A stretch of DNA of 64,000 nt from an uncultured Chloroflexia bacterium. GTDB lineage: Bacteria; Chloroflexota; Anaerolineae; CG2-30-64-16. Below, one piece after another: positions 55,953 to 64,000 of the stretch (its first letter is position 1; each line of letters begins with the position of its first letter). Made by a program: the position numbers and the translations under genes. The DNA is taken from contig CAVZDU010000006.1 of assembly GCA_963774265.1 (NCBI GenBank), positions 128,001 to 192,000 on the forward strand, read 5' to 3'. The notes under the pieces were generated by a model. The model had not been told where the DNA came from. It did no database searches and saw nothing but the letters and a program-made list of their open reading frames with translations.

Positions 55953-56040
55953 CCTGCCTGCCGAGGCTCTCGGCGGGCAGGAGCAGGGCGCAGTCAAGCA
56001 CCCAGCCTAGGGCGCACCCGGACTGGATGCTTGACCGCAT
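55953..56040 (+). terminator. Two consecutive hairpins after the secreted-protein gene
   Basis: cctgcctgccgag-gct-ctcggcgggcagg; gtcaagcacccag...ctggatgcttgac. Confidence 0.5.
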
Positions 56041-56252
56041 CGCAAGCGACAAAAGAACGAGTCAGGCAAGCTGTCCAGGGGATAGATCTGGGAAATCCAA
56101 TACGCGGACCTCGACAGTTTAGGGCGAGCAATATCAGCAACGAACGAGCTGTATCCTAATGATAGAAACACAGCTACTCTGTGGATGATCAGAATTGGAT
56201 AGCGAGGGAGAATTCCTCCCTTCGAACGAACAAGGATATGAGGAGTAACTGC

Positions 56253-57647
56253 ATGAAGAAGTCCATCAGAATTATCATATACGTGCTCGCGTTCACACTA
56301 CCGATTGTGGCGCTTGGAACGATCGGATATTTCTCAATTTTATCTCTGACTTTGCCCAAACCAACCGAGTTGGATATTCCACAAGCGGGTGTGGGTTCAC
56401 TGTCCACAAAAAGCTTTGACCCGACAAAACCAACGGTAGCCATTGTCCTCGGTAGTAATCGCACCGAGAGCACTGATCTTCTCATTCCCTACCAGCTATT
56501 CTCGGCCTCGGATGCCTACAATGTCTACGCCGTAGCACCTGAACGCAAGACGACCTCGCTGGCTGGCGGTTTAGAGGTCATGCCTGACTACTCCTATGCT
56601 GACCTTAATGCGCTGCTTGGCAAGTCGCCGGATGTTGTTGTGATACCTGCCTTCCCTAATGTCGGAAGCCCGGAGAATAAGCCTGTTCTAGCCTGGATCA
56701 AGCAACAATCCGACCGGGGATCGTACATTTTGTCCATCTGTGTCGGAGCAGAGGTCTTTGCGGCGACGGGATTGCTGGATGGTCGTACAGCCACGACCCA
56801 CTGGGGTGATATTGGCCGTATCGAAGGACTTTATCCTGCTGTGAATTGGGTACGTGGTGTGCGGTATGTAGACGGCGGCACGTACATGACATCAGCCGGC
56901 ATTACTTCAGGCATTGATGCAGTTCTTCATTACATCGCCCAGCATAATGGAGATGTTGTAGCGCGGGCCATCTCAGAGAAAATGCACTATCCCAGCTATG
57001 CCTTTGTGGATCAGCCGCAGGTTGAGCAGTATTCCACTGGCACCGACTTGACTACGGTGGGGCTAATAAACACCTTATTTCACTGGAATCACGCGACAGC
57101 AGGGGCGCTTTTGTATGATGGTATCAATGAACTTGACCTGGCCTCCACTTTTGACACCTACTACGCTTCTTACAGCACTAGGTTGGTGAGCGTTTCTCAA
57201 ACCCGACGGCTAATCACAACTCAGTATGGGCTGCAACTTGTACCACGATGGGGCTTCAATGATGCTCCTGGGATGGAGCGTTTGATCGTGCCCGGAAGCC
57301 ACGCGCGTCAACTTGCTGCGGCGGACGTTAGCGCCTGGCAGTCAAGTGAAAATGCTGCTCAGGTTTTCTACCTTCACGCAGACAACCCCGATGGTTTTGC
57401 CTTTGATGCGCCTCTACAAGATTTAGCACGTCAAGAAAATATCCCGACAGCAGTGCTGGATGCGATGCGGCTAGAGTACAGACCGGGAACGGTACAGACT
57501 GAAGGTTCTGGTTGGCCACTCTGGTTGACAATCCGCCCACTGCTCATTGGGTTAGCTAGTCTGGCAATTACCCTGGTTATCAGCGGACGTTTGCGTCGTC
57601 CGCCCTCAACCCGGATGACTGGCTTAACCGCCCAAACTCAAGCTTGA
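56253..57647 (+). CDS. Membrane-anchored tandem DJ-1/PfpI family protein (visibly lower GC)
   Basis: TESTDLLIPY, ILSICVGA, GLLDGRTATTHW, TSAGITSGID; N- and C-terminal TM segments. Confidence 0.85.
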   Translation: MKKSIRIIIYVLAFTLPIVALGTIGYFSILSLTLPKPTELDIPQAGVGSLSTKSFDPTKPTVAIVLGSNRTESTDLLIPYQLFSASDAYNVYAVAPERKTTSLAGGLEVMPDYSYADLNALLGKSPDVVVIPAFPNVGSPENKPVLAWIKQQSDRGSYILSICVGAEVFAATGLLDGRTATTHWGDIGRIEGLYPAVNWVRGVRYVDGGTYMTSAGITSGIDAVLHYIAQHNGDVVARAISEKMHYPSYAFVDQPQVEQYSTGTDLTTVGLINTLFHWNHATAGALLYDGINELDLASTFDTYYASYSTRLVSVSQTRRLITTQYGLQLVPRWGFNDAPGMERLIVPGSHARQLAAADVSAWQSSENAAQVFYLHADNPDGFAFDAPLQDLARQENIPTAVLDAMRLEYRPGTVQTEGSGWPLWLTIRPLLIGLASLAITLVISGRLRRPPSTRMTGLTAQTQA

Positions 57648-57741
57648 ATTTTGGCCGCCTATGAAATGATCCCCCGAACTGCTGAGCGCGGCATAGACGT
57701 TTACTCAACGAAACTTATCCGTATCGTTCGAAAAGGAGAAA

Positions 57742-58491
57742 ATGATGACTACCAAAGAAGAAACGAATACATACAGAACGACCGCAAGAGTCGTTGGGGC
57801 GCTGTTCTTCGCAGGGATGGTTATAGGCATTGCGGGGCACATGCTCGTTCAATCCATCCTTACTGCGCCGGATCACCTTTCCATTATTCCCGCAAAGAGC
57901 ATGCTGGTGGCCTTCGGCGCGCTGCTCTTGCTGATGACCGGCGTAGGCGACGCCGCTCACGGCGTCCTGATGCTCCCGATCCTGAAGCGACACGGCGAGC
58001 GAATCGCCTTCGGCTACTTCGGTTTCAGGATCGTCGACGCCGTCTTTATTGCCGTCGCGGCTGTCTTCCTCTTCCTGCAAATCCCGCTGGGCCGCGAGTA
58101 CCTGAATGCGGCGGTCCCTGGCAGTTCCTCTCTGCAAGCCCTGAGCACTGTGGCCATCCAGGCGAACCTGTATGCCTACAACATCGCCATGACGTTTCTT
58201 GGGGTAGCCGGTTTGATGCTCTGCTACGTGTTCTACAGGGCCAGGCTGGTTCCGCGGCCAATCGCCGTCTGGGGTCTGGTTGGATACGCGGTCATCCTGG
58301 GCGGGTCTGTGTTGGAGGTGATGGGGTTCAACCTGAGTTCGATCCACACGATTCCGGGCGGCCTGTGGGAGCTGTTCATAGGGGTGTGGCTGATCGTTAA
58401 GGGATTCAACGCATCTGCGTTTTCTCAGGCCACAACGTCCAGCAGCTCGGCTGCGTCACTTGCACCACGCCTGGATCCGACCAGGGCGTAA
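57742..58491 (+). CDS. DUF4386 membrane protein
   Basis: TARVVGALF, RLVPRPIAVWGLVGY, PGGLWELFIGVWLIVKGF. Confidence 0.8.
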   Translation: MMTTKEETNTYRTTARVVGALFFAGMVIGIAGHMLVQSILTAPDHLSIIPAKSMLVAFGALLLLMTGVGDAAHGVLMLPILKRHGERIAFGYFGFRIVDAVFIAVAAVFLFLQIPLGREYLNAAVPGSSSLQALSTVAIQANLYAYNIAMTFLGVAGLMLCYVFYRARLVPRPIAVWGLVGYAVILGGSVLEVMGFNLSSIHTIPGGLWELFIGVWLIVKGFNASAFSQATTSSSSAASLAPRLDPTRA

Positions 58492-58505
58492 ACGTCGAAC
58501 GGAGC

Positions 58506-58554
58506 CTCTCTGAGACTCACAGCAACGCGGGTAGCGGCCGGGGGTCTCAGAGAG
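58506..58554. terminator. Intergenic hairpin
   Basis: ctctctgagac ... gtctcagagag, perfect 11-bp arms. Confidence 0.5.
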
Positions 58555-58578
58555 CGTCAAATGATGGAGGATAACCTA

Positions 58579-59561
58579 ATGAAAGCAATTGTATACACAG
58601 AATACGGATCACCGGATGTTCTTCAGTTCAAAGATGTAGAAAAACCTACGCCTAAAGAGAATGAAGTCCTGGTGAAGATTCACGCAGCATCCGCAAATCC
58701 AGCTGACTGGCATACCATGAGAGCCGCACCGTTCTTAGCTCGCCTGGTAAACGGATTTTTCAAACCTAAGAATCCCAGGCTCGGCGCTGATGTAGCGGGG
58801 CGCGTTGAAGCGGTTGGCAGAACCGTAACGCAGTTTCAAGTGGGTGATGATGTATTTGGAAGCATGCCCCTCAATGAGCTGAGCAGTTTTGCCGAGTACG
58901 TATGTGCCAAGGAAGATGCATTGGCGTTGAAACCAGCCAGGATGACATTCGAGCAGGCAGCATCCGTCCCTTTAGCGGCCTTCACCGCTTTGCAGGGATC
59001 TGCGTGATACAGGACAGATACACTCCGGGCAAAAGGTCTTGATTAATGGGGCATCCGGCGGCGTAGGTACGTTTGCCGTGCAGATTGCCAAATCCTTCGG
59101 GGCTGAAGTTACCGGCGTGTGCAGCACCCGGAATTTGGACATGGTGCGCTCGATAGGCGCAGACCACGTCATTGATTACACGCAAGAAGACTTCACCAAC
59201 AACGGGCAGCAGTATGACCTGATTTTCTGTGCCGTCGGAAATCGTTCCATTTCTGATTACAAGCGCGCACTAAGACCCGAGGGTACTTGCGTCATTGCTG
59301 GATTCACCAACCTGCGGCGGTTGTTCGAACACATGATCCTTGGGTCGTTGAAGTCGAAGGCCGGAGGTAAGCGAGTCGGTCCAATGGATACGATGAAACC
59401 AAACAAACAGGATCTGATTTTCCTGAAAGAGCTTCTAGAAGCCGGCAAAGTAAGACCCGTTATCGATAGATCGTTACCCGTTAGCAGAGGTTCCTGAAGC
59501 GCTCCGGTATCTTGAAACAGGACACGCCCAGGGAAAAGTCGTCATCACGGTTGCAGCATAA
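58579..59561 (+). CDS. MDR-superfamily NAD(P)-dependent oxidoreductase (quinone reductase-like), frameshifted
   Basis: [50 protein letters not shown]. Confidence 0.88.
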
Positions 59562-59640
59562 CGACACGATCCGACAAGTGCCGGCGAGTGGAGGTCGAGT
59601 AACGAAGGAGACTCCCGTGAGAGATAAGCCTAAACCTGAT

Positions 59641-60497
59641 ATGAACGACAAAATCTGCCTCGTGACAGGCGCAACCAACGGCATTGGCAAGGCAACCGCG
59701 CAGGCGCTGGCGCAGATGGGCGCAACAGTTGTCATTGTGGGCCGCAACCCAGCCAAGTGTGCGGCAGTGGTGAGCGAAGATCAAGCACATCAGCGGTAAT
59801 GACGCGGTGGAGGCACTCATCGCCGATTTGTCGATCATGGCGGAGGTCCGGCATGTGGCAGATCAGTTCAAGGCAAAATACCAGAAATTGCATGTGCTGG
59901 TCAATAACGCTGGCGCGGCGTTTGGGAAGCGACAGGTCACCTCCGAGGGGTTTGAGAAAACCTTTGCACTCAACCACCTGAACTACTTCCTGCTGACCAG
60001 TTTACTCCTGGAAACGCTGAAGGCCAGCGCTCCGGCCCGCATTGTCAATGTCTCCTCAGACTCGCATAAAGGGGCACACCTCGATTTCGACGATTTGCAG
60101 ACCGAGAAGGGTAATTTCGTCTTCCGTGCCTACGGTCGTTCCAAGCTCGCCAATGTCGTGTTTAGCTATGAACTGGCTCGACGACTGGCAGGTACGGGTG
60201 TCACTGTCCAACGTGCTACATCCTGGTTTGGTGCGCACCGGATTCGCAAACAACCTGGGTGCAGTTCCGTCAGCCGTTTTTGGCTTTTTCATGCGTTTTG
60301 TGGGATTAACACCAGAGCAAGGCGCACAGACCTCTGTTTACCTCGCCACCTCACCGGACGTGGAAAACGTGACCGGGAAATACTGGGAAAAGAGCAAAGC
60401 GGTGCCGTCCGGTCGTGCCGCCTATGACGAGGCCACCTGGACGCGGCTGTGGGAAGTCAGTGACAAGATGGTTGCGGCGAGAGCGACGCCAGGCTAA
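59641..60497 (+). CDS. Short-chain dehydrogenase/reductase, frameshifted
   Basis: [27 protein letters not shown]. Confidence 0.88.
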
Positions 60498-60583
60498 AGA
60501 GCCACACTCTCCGCGTCACGCACGGCTATCGCCGCGTGTCAAGGCCGGACGTCACGGTATCAATCGTGTTCAGCCAATGTGTA

Positions 60584-62254
60584 TCAGCCGGACCGCGCGA
60601 GGTACTGGTGAACGGACTGGATGGCCATCCCCCCCTCGCCCACGGCAGAGGCCACCCGTTTGACGGAGCCATGCCGCACGTCACCCGCAGCAAACACGCC
60701 GGGAATGCTGGTCTCCAGCAAGAGTGGAGGCCGCTGCAGCGATGCTGCCTTGGAAGTGTCGCTAGCACCGATCAGATCCGGGCCTGTGAGAAGGAAGCCG
60801 CGCGGGTCGCGCAGGATGCCGGCCGGCAACCATTCCGTGTGAGGCTGCGCTCCAATCAGGACGAACAAGGCAAATGCCGGGACGCTTTCGATTTTCCCTG
60901 AGGAGCCGTCCTCTAGTACCAGGCTTTCGAGCCGGTGCGCGCCGTGCCCGTCGATGATCCTGGTGTGCAGACGCACATCGATGTTGGTCTTGGCTGCGAT
61001 CTCCTGCACCAGGTAGTCGGACATACTGGCGGCCAGCGAGCTTCCACGCGCGAGGATCGTGACCTGCTGTGCGTACTTCGCCAGATTAACGGCGGCCTGA
61101 CCTGCGGAGTTGCCTGCACCCGCAACGAAGACGTGTTGACCTTCCATGGCTTGAGCCTCGGTAATTCCGCCTCCATAGAAAACCCCTGCGCCAACCAGCG
61201 CTTCAAGACCGGGGATGCCGAGACGCTGGTAGCTGGCCCCCGTTGCCAGAAGGATCGTGCGGCTCACGATTTCTGTCCCATTCGAGAACTCCAGGATGCG
61301 GTCGCGTCCCTCCACTCGCAGAGCGATCGCCTCCCGCAAAACAGAGGTTTCTGCCCCGAACGACCAAGCCTGGTCGAGCGCCCGATTGGTCAGGTCCGCG
61401 CCGCTGATGCCCAGCGGGAACCCCAGATAGTTCCGAATCAGCGAGCTGGTGCCCGCCTGGCCACCGATCGTTTCACGATCCACGACGATTGTGCGCAATC
61501 CTTCCGACGCGCCGTAGACCGCCGCCGAGAGTCCGGCCGGCCCGGCGCCGACGATGGCAAGATCAAAGGCGCCTTCCTCGACGCTGTGGCGCACGCCGAG
61601 CGCCAGCGCAACTTGCTCATTTGAGGGCGCGGTAAGCACCTGGCCATCGAACCGAACCAACACGGGAAATGGGCCTGCGGGCCGCCCGAAGCGCTGCAGC
61701 AGCGCGCGTCCTTCTTCGGAATCCGCCTCAATATACTTGAACGGCAGACCACCGCGTGCCAGCAGATCGCGAATCTCAGCGGTACGCGCGTTCCAGCGCT
61801 CGCCGGCGATGGTGACCATCTCGCGGCCTTTCTGTTGCCGGCGCTGCCAATCACGCAGGAGCTCCGCGATGAGCGCATGAAACTCCTCGTCCGGAGCACG
61901 GCCGGGCTTGACCGCGTAGCGGTCAAACTGCCCAAGGGAGATGGCTTTCAGGATCGGTTTTGACTCGGAGCGATTACCCAACGGGATAAGCAGGACGCGC
62001 ATGGCATGGGGATAGAGTTCGTGCGCCCGCGCAAAATACTCAATGCCCGTCATCGAACCCAGCCCGGGCGCCGCCGGCAGGATGACTATCTGCGCGCCCG
62101 CGGCCCGTAACCTCCCCAGCCGCTCGAGTGACGCCTCTGCTTCTGCATCGCAAATGACGTCGTAATCGTCCGCATAGCGCTTGAGCAGCTCTCGTTGGAT
62201 CGTCTCCAGATTCTGGATTTGAGCGTCAACAGCCATCAGAGCCGGTTTCGCCAT
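60584..62254 (-). CDS. Receiver-domain-fused thioredoxin-reductase-like FAD oxidoreductase
   Basis: N-terminal REC-like region; GAGPAGLSAAVYGASEG, GGQAGTSSLIRNYLGFP, GAGNSAGQAA, GDVRHGSVKRVASAVGEG. Confidence 0.88.
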   Translation of the reverse strand: MAKPALMAVDAQIQNLETIQRELLKRYADDYDVICDAEAEASLERLGRLRAAGAQIVILPAAPGLGSMTGIEYFARAHELYPHAMRVLLIPLGNRSESKPILKAISLGQFDRYAVKPGRAPDEEFHALIAELLRDWQRRQQKGREMVTIAGERWNARTAEIRDLLARGGLPFKYIEADSEEGRALLQRFGRPAGPFPVLVRFDGQVLTAPSNEQVALALGVRHSVEEGAFDLAIVGAGPAGLSAAVYGASEGLRTIVVDRETIGGQAGTSSLIRNYLGFPLGISGADLTNRALDQAWSFGAETSVLREAIALRVEGRDRILEFSNGTEIVSRTILLATGASYQRLGIPGLEALVGAGVFYGGGITEAQAMEGQHVFVAGAGNSAGQAAVNLAKYAQQVTILARGSSLAASMSDYLVQEIAAKTNIDVRLHTRIIDGHGAHRLESLVLEDGSSGKIESVPAFALFVLIGAQPHTEWLPAGILRDPRGFLLTGPDLIGASDTSKAASLQRPPLLLETSIPGVFAAGDVRHGSVKRVASAVGEGGMAIQSVHQYLARSG

Positions 62255-62292
62255 CGAGTCTCCTTTTCGGATCTTCGCCAGATTCGCCCGAT

Positions 62293-63285
62293 CTACTTTC
62301 TTGCCGTCTGGCGAAGCTGCTCTACCATACGCACGATCGCGCCAACCGCAGCTTGGGGCTGATCGAACTGGATGTTGTGGGCGCTCTTGTCAGCAACCAA
62401 CCCCTGGCTGTTGGACGACAATTGGAGCAGCTCGGCCTGCAGCCTCTGCCAGTCCGGCTCCAGATCCAGGCCACGCGACAGCACGATCAATGGCACATCT
62501 CCGATGGACTTCACGGCGGCGGCCTGGTCGAGACTCGCCGGCATACCCCTGCCTTCATCGGCCCAGGCTTGCACGGCTCGCGGTGTCACCGCGAAAGCCG
62601 CATAAGCCTGCTTTGCCTCCGGCGTCAGATTTTGACCGGAGCCCGGCCCCGTGAGCAAACGCACTAATCCGATGCGCGCCAACAGGACCGGCAGCGAAGG
62701 CCCTCTTGATTGAGAGACCGCCTGAGAGCCCCCAGCCGTGGCCGGTTCCCTGGTTTGTTCGGGGCTCATGGAATCGATCAGCACAACCCCAACGACTTCC
62801 TTCGGATATTCGTGAGCAAACACCCGCACCGGCAGACCGCCCATCGAGTGGCCAACCAGCACATAGGGGCCCGGAATGCTGGCTTGATCCAGCAATGTGT
62901 GCAGTTCTTGAGCGAATTGCCCGGCATCCCGTGGCAGGGGACCGGCCTCGCTGTAGCCCATGCCGGCCCGATCGTAGGAGCAGACCCGCGTTGTCCCGGC
63001 CACCCCCGGCTGCACGAGGCTCCACCCGAGCGACCAATCACCCCATCCGGCATCGATCACCACCGTGGGACTGCCAGTGCCCGTGCAGTTGATGTGTAAG
63101 CGGTAACCGCCCACGTCGACCATTTGACCGACAGGAGGATAGGCTCGCACATCGGAGGCCTCGGTCGCGGACTCGGTAACGACCCCCACCAGTACCAGGC
63201 CCAGGACCACAACCATCACGCCGCCCAGCCAGAGGAGAAGCTTTCGGCCGCGACGTTTGGGAGTCTGTGAAGTGTCTGTTTGCAT
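62293..63285 (-). CDS. Membrane-anchored alpha/beta hydrolase
   Basis: LHINCTGTGSPTVV, YDRAGMG, VGHSMGG, AHNIQ. Confidence 0.9.
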   Translation of the reverse strand: MQTDTSQTPKRRGRKLLLWLGGVMVVVLGLVLVGVVTESATEASDVRAYPPVGQMVDVGGYRLHINCTGTGSPTVVIDAGWGDWSLGWSLVQPGVAGTTRVCSYDRAGMGYSEAGPLPRDAGQFAQELHTLLDQASIPGPYVLVGHSMGGLPVRVFAHEYPKEVVGVVLIDSMSPEQTREPATAGGSQAVSQSRGPSLPVLLARIGLVRLLTGPGSGQNLTPEAKQAYAAFAVTPRAVQAWADEGRGMPASLDQAAAVKSIGDVPLIVLSRGLDLEPDWQRLQAELLQLSSNSQGLVADKSAHNIQFDQPQAAVGAIVRMVEQLRQTARK

Positions 63286-63772
63286 CGGTGTATCCTTTCT
63301 ACAGTCCAAGCTCGAGTGCTGAGTGACCAATGAAACAAGCGGCCGTATGGCCGCTTGCTCTACTCCATGCTCTCCGCGGCGCGCTTAGGGCCGGCTAGAA
63401 CTGCGTTTGCCTCGTTGAACTTCGGCGCTTGCATGGCCAGACGGCCGAGACAACGCGGACGACTCCGTCTGGTTTTGTCATAGCAAATAGTACAAGACTT
63501 ATACTAATAATAAACGAATTTTGCACAAATAAGATGTAAGTGATGCCCCTGTCGCAAAAATGCATATCGCTGCAACTTTGGAGACGGCGAAGAGGATGTC
63601 GAGGCCTTCTGCCGCAGGTCCACGACGCCTTGATGCCGCTGCTTGACCAGGGCGTCCCCCACTCCGGTTGTAGCTCCGCGCTGCCAGGACGAAAGGTGTG
63701 GCTATCTCGCCCGTCGACCACGCGCCTGTGAGCAATGCCACGCGCACTCCTCCCGATTCGGTAAGACGGATT

Positions 63773-64000
63773 ATGGCGAAGCAGCATCGGTCACGCTACA
63801 ATGGTCCGGTCAAGGAAAGGGTCGAACAGCTCAACGTGACAAGCACGCATCTGCCAGTGCAACTGACCAGCTTCGTCGGACGGCGGCGCGAGATCGTCGA
63901 AGTCGAACGCTTGCTATCGTCTTCACATCTCGTCACCCTCACGGGCGCGAGCGGCTGCGGCAAGACGCGGCTCGCCTTGCAGGTTGCGGGCGCGCTCGAG
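63773..64000 (+). CDS. N-terminus of a STAND/NB-ARC-type ATPase regulator (usually with TPR and LuxR), runs off window
   Basis: [16 protein letters not shown]...[17 protein letters not shown]; start at 63773 or GTG 63836. Confidence 0.8.
   Translation, partial: MAKQHRSRYNGPVKERVEQLNVTSTHLPVQLTSFVGRRREIVEVERLLSSSHLVTLTGASGCGKTRLALQVAGALE

Noticed and set aside
53805-60497. Integron cassette array
   Set aside because: Spacers lack convincing RYYYAAC...GTTRRRY attC ends and no integrase is in the window.

Overview
High-GC bacterial genomic window. Gene content and the REP-like palindromes suggest Chloroflexota/Anaerolineae, which is an inference. Single-base frameshifts occur even in housekeeping genes (purH, katG, livH) and look like uncorrected long-read indels. 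Left edge (1-4.5 kb): the 3' part of a DUF2357/PD-(D/E)XK McrC-like nuclease gene, then a phage/plasmid-type replication module next to purH. This module has 17-bp-period direct repeats, a sigma70 promoter, a 22-codon leader ORF, a zinc-finger/Toprim/P-loop primase-helicase gene carrying a perfect 36-bp intragenic inverted repeat about 1.8 kb apart, and a small TubC_N-like gene. Middle: purH, a QueG-like Fe-S protein, AKR, an S9 hydrolase, a PIG-L deacetylase, NTF2+SDR, a CrtI-like flavoprotein, a pullulanase-amylase fusion, PerR-katG, a CDGSH protein, livKHMGF-alr, an Fe-ADH/SCP2/AOR operon, a GH94 stump, a triple-repeat protein, an ATP-grasp + C39 pair, an uncharacterised glycyl radical enzyme operon with a tandem split-barrel partner, an M20 peptidase, two ABC systems, pirin, a lipoprotein and a DUF2207/PCI-like Zn-ribbon/SPFH-HTH operon. 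Right end (53.8-64 kb): a mosaic accessory cluster (DUF4386 x2, DUF4389, DJ-1, MDR, SDR, pseudo-REC TrxB-like, hydrolase, start of a LuxR-type ATPase). No rRNA, tRNA, CRISPR array, integrase or transposase was recognised. All family assignments come from motif recognition by eye, not database searches.
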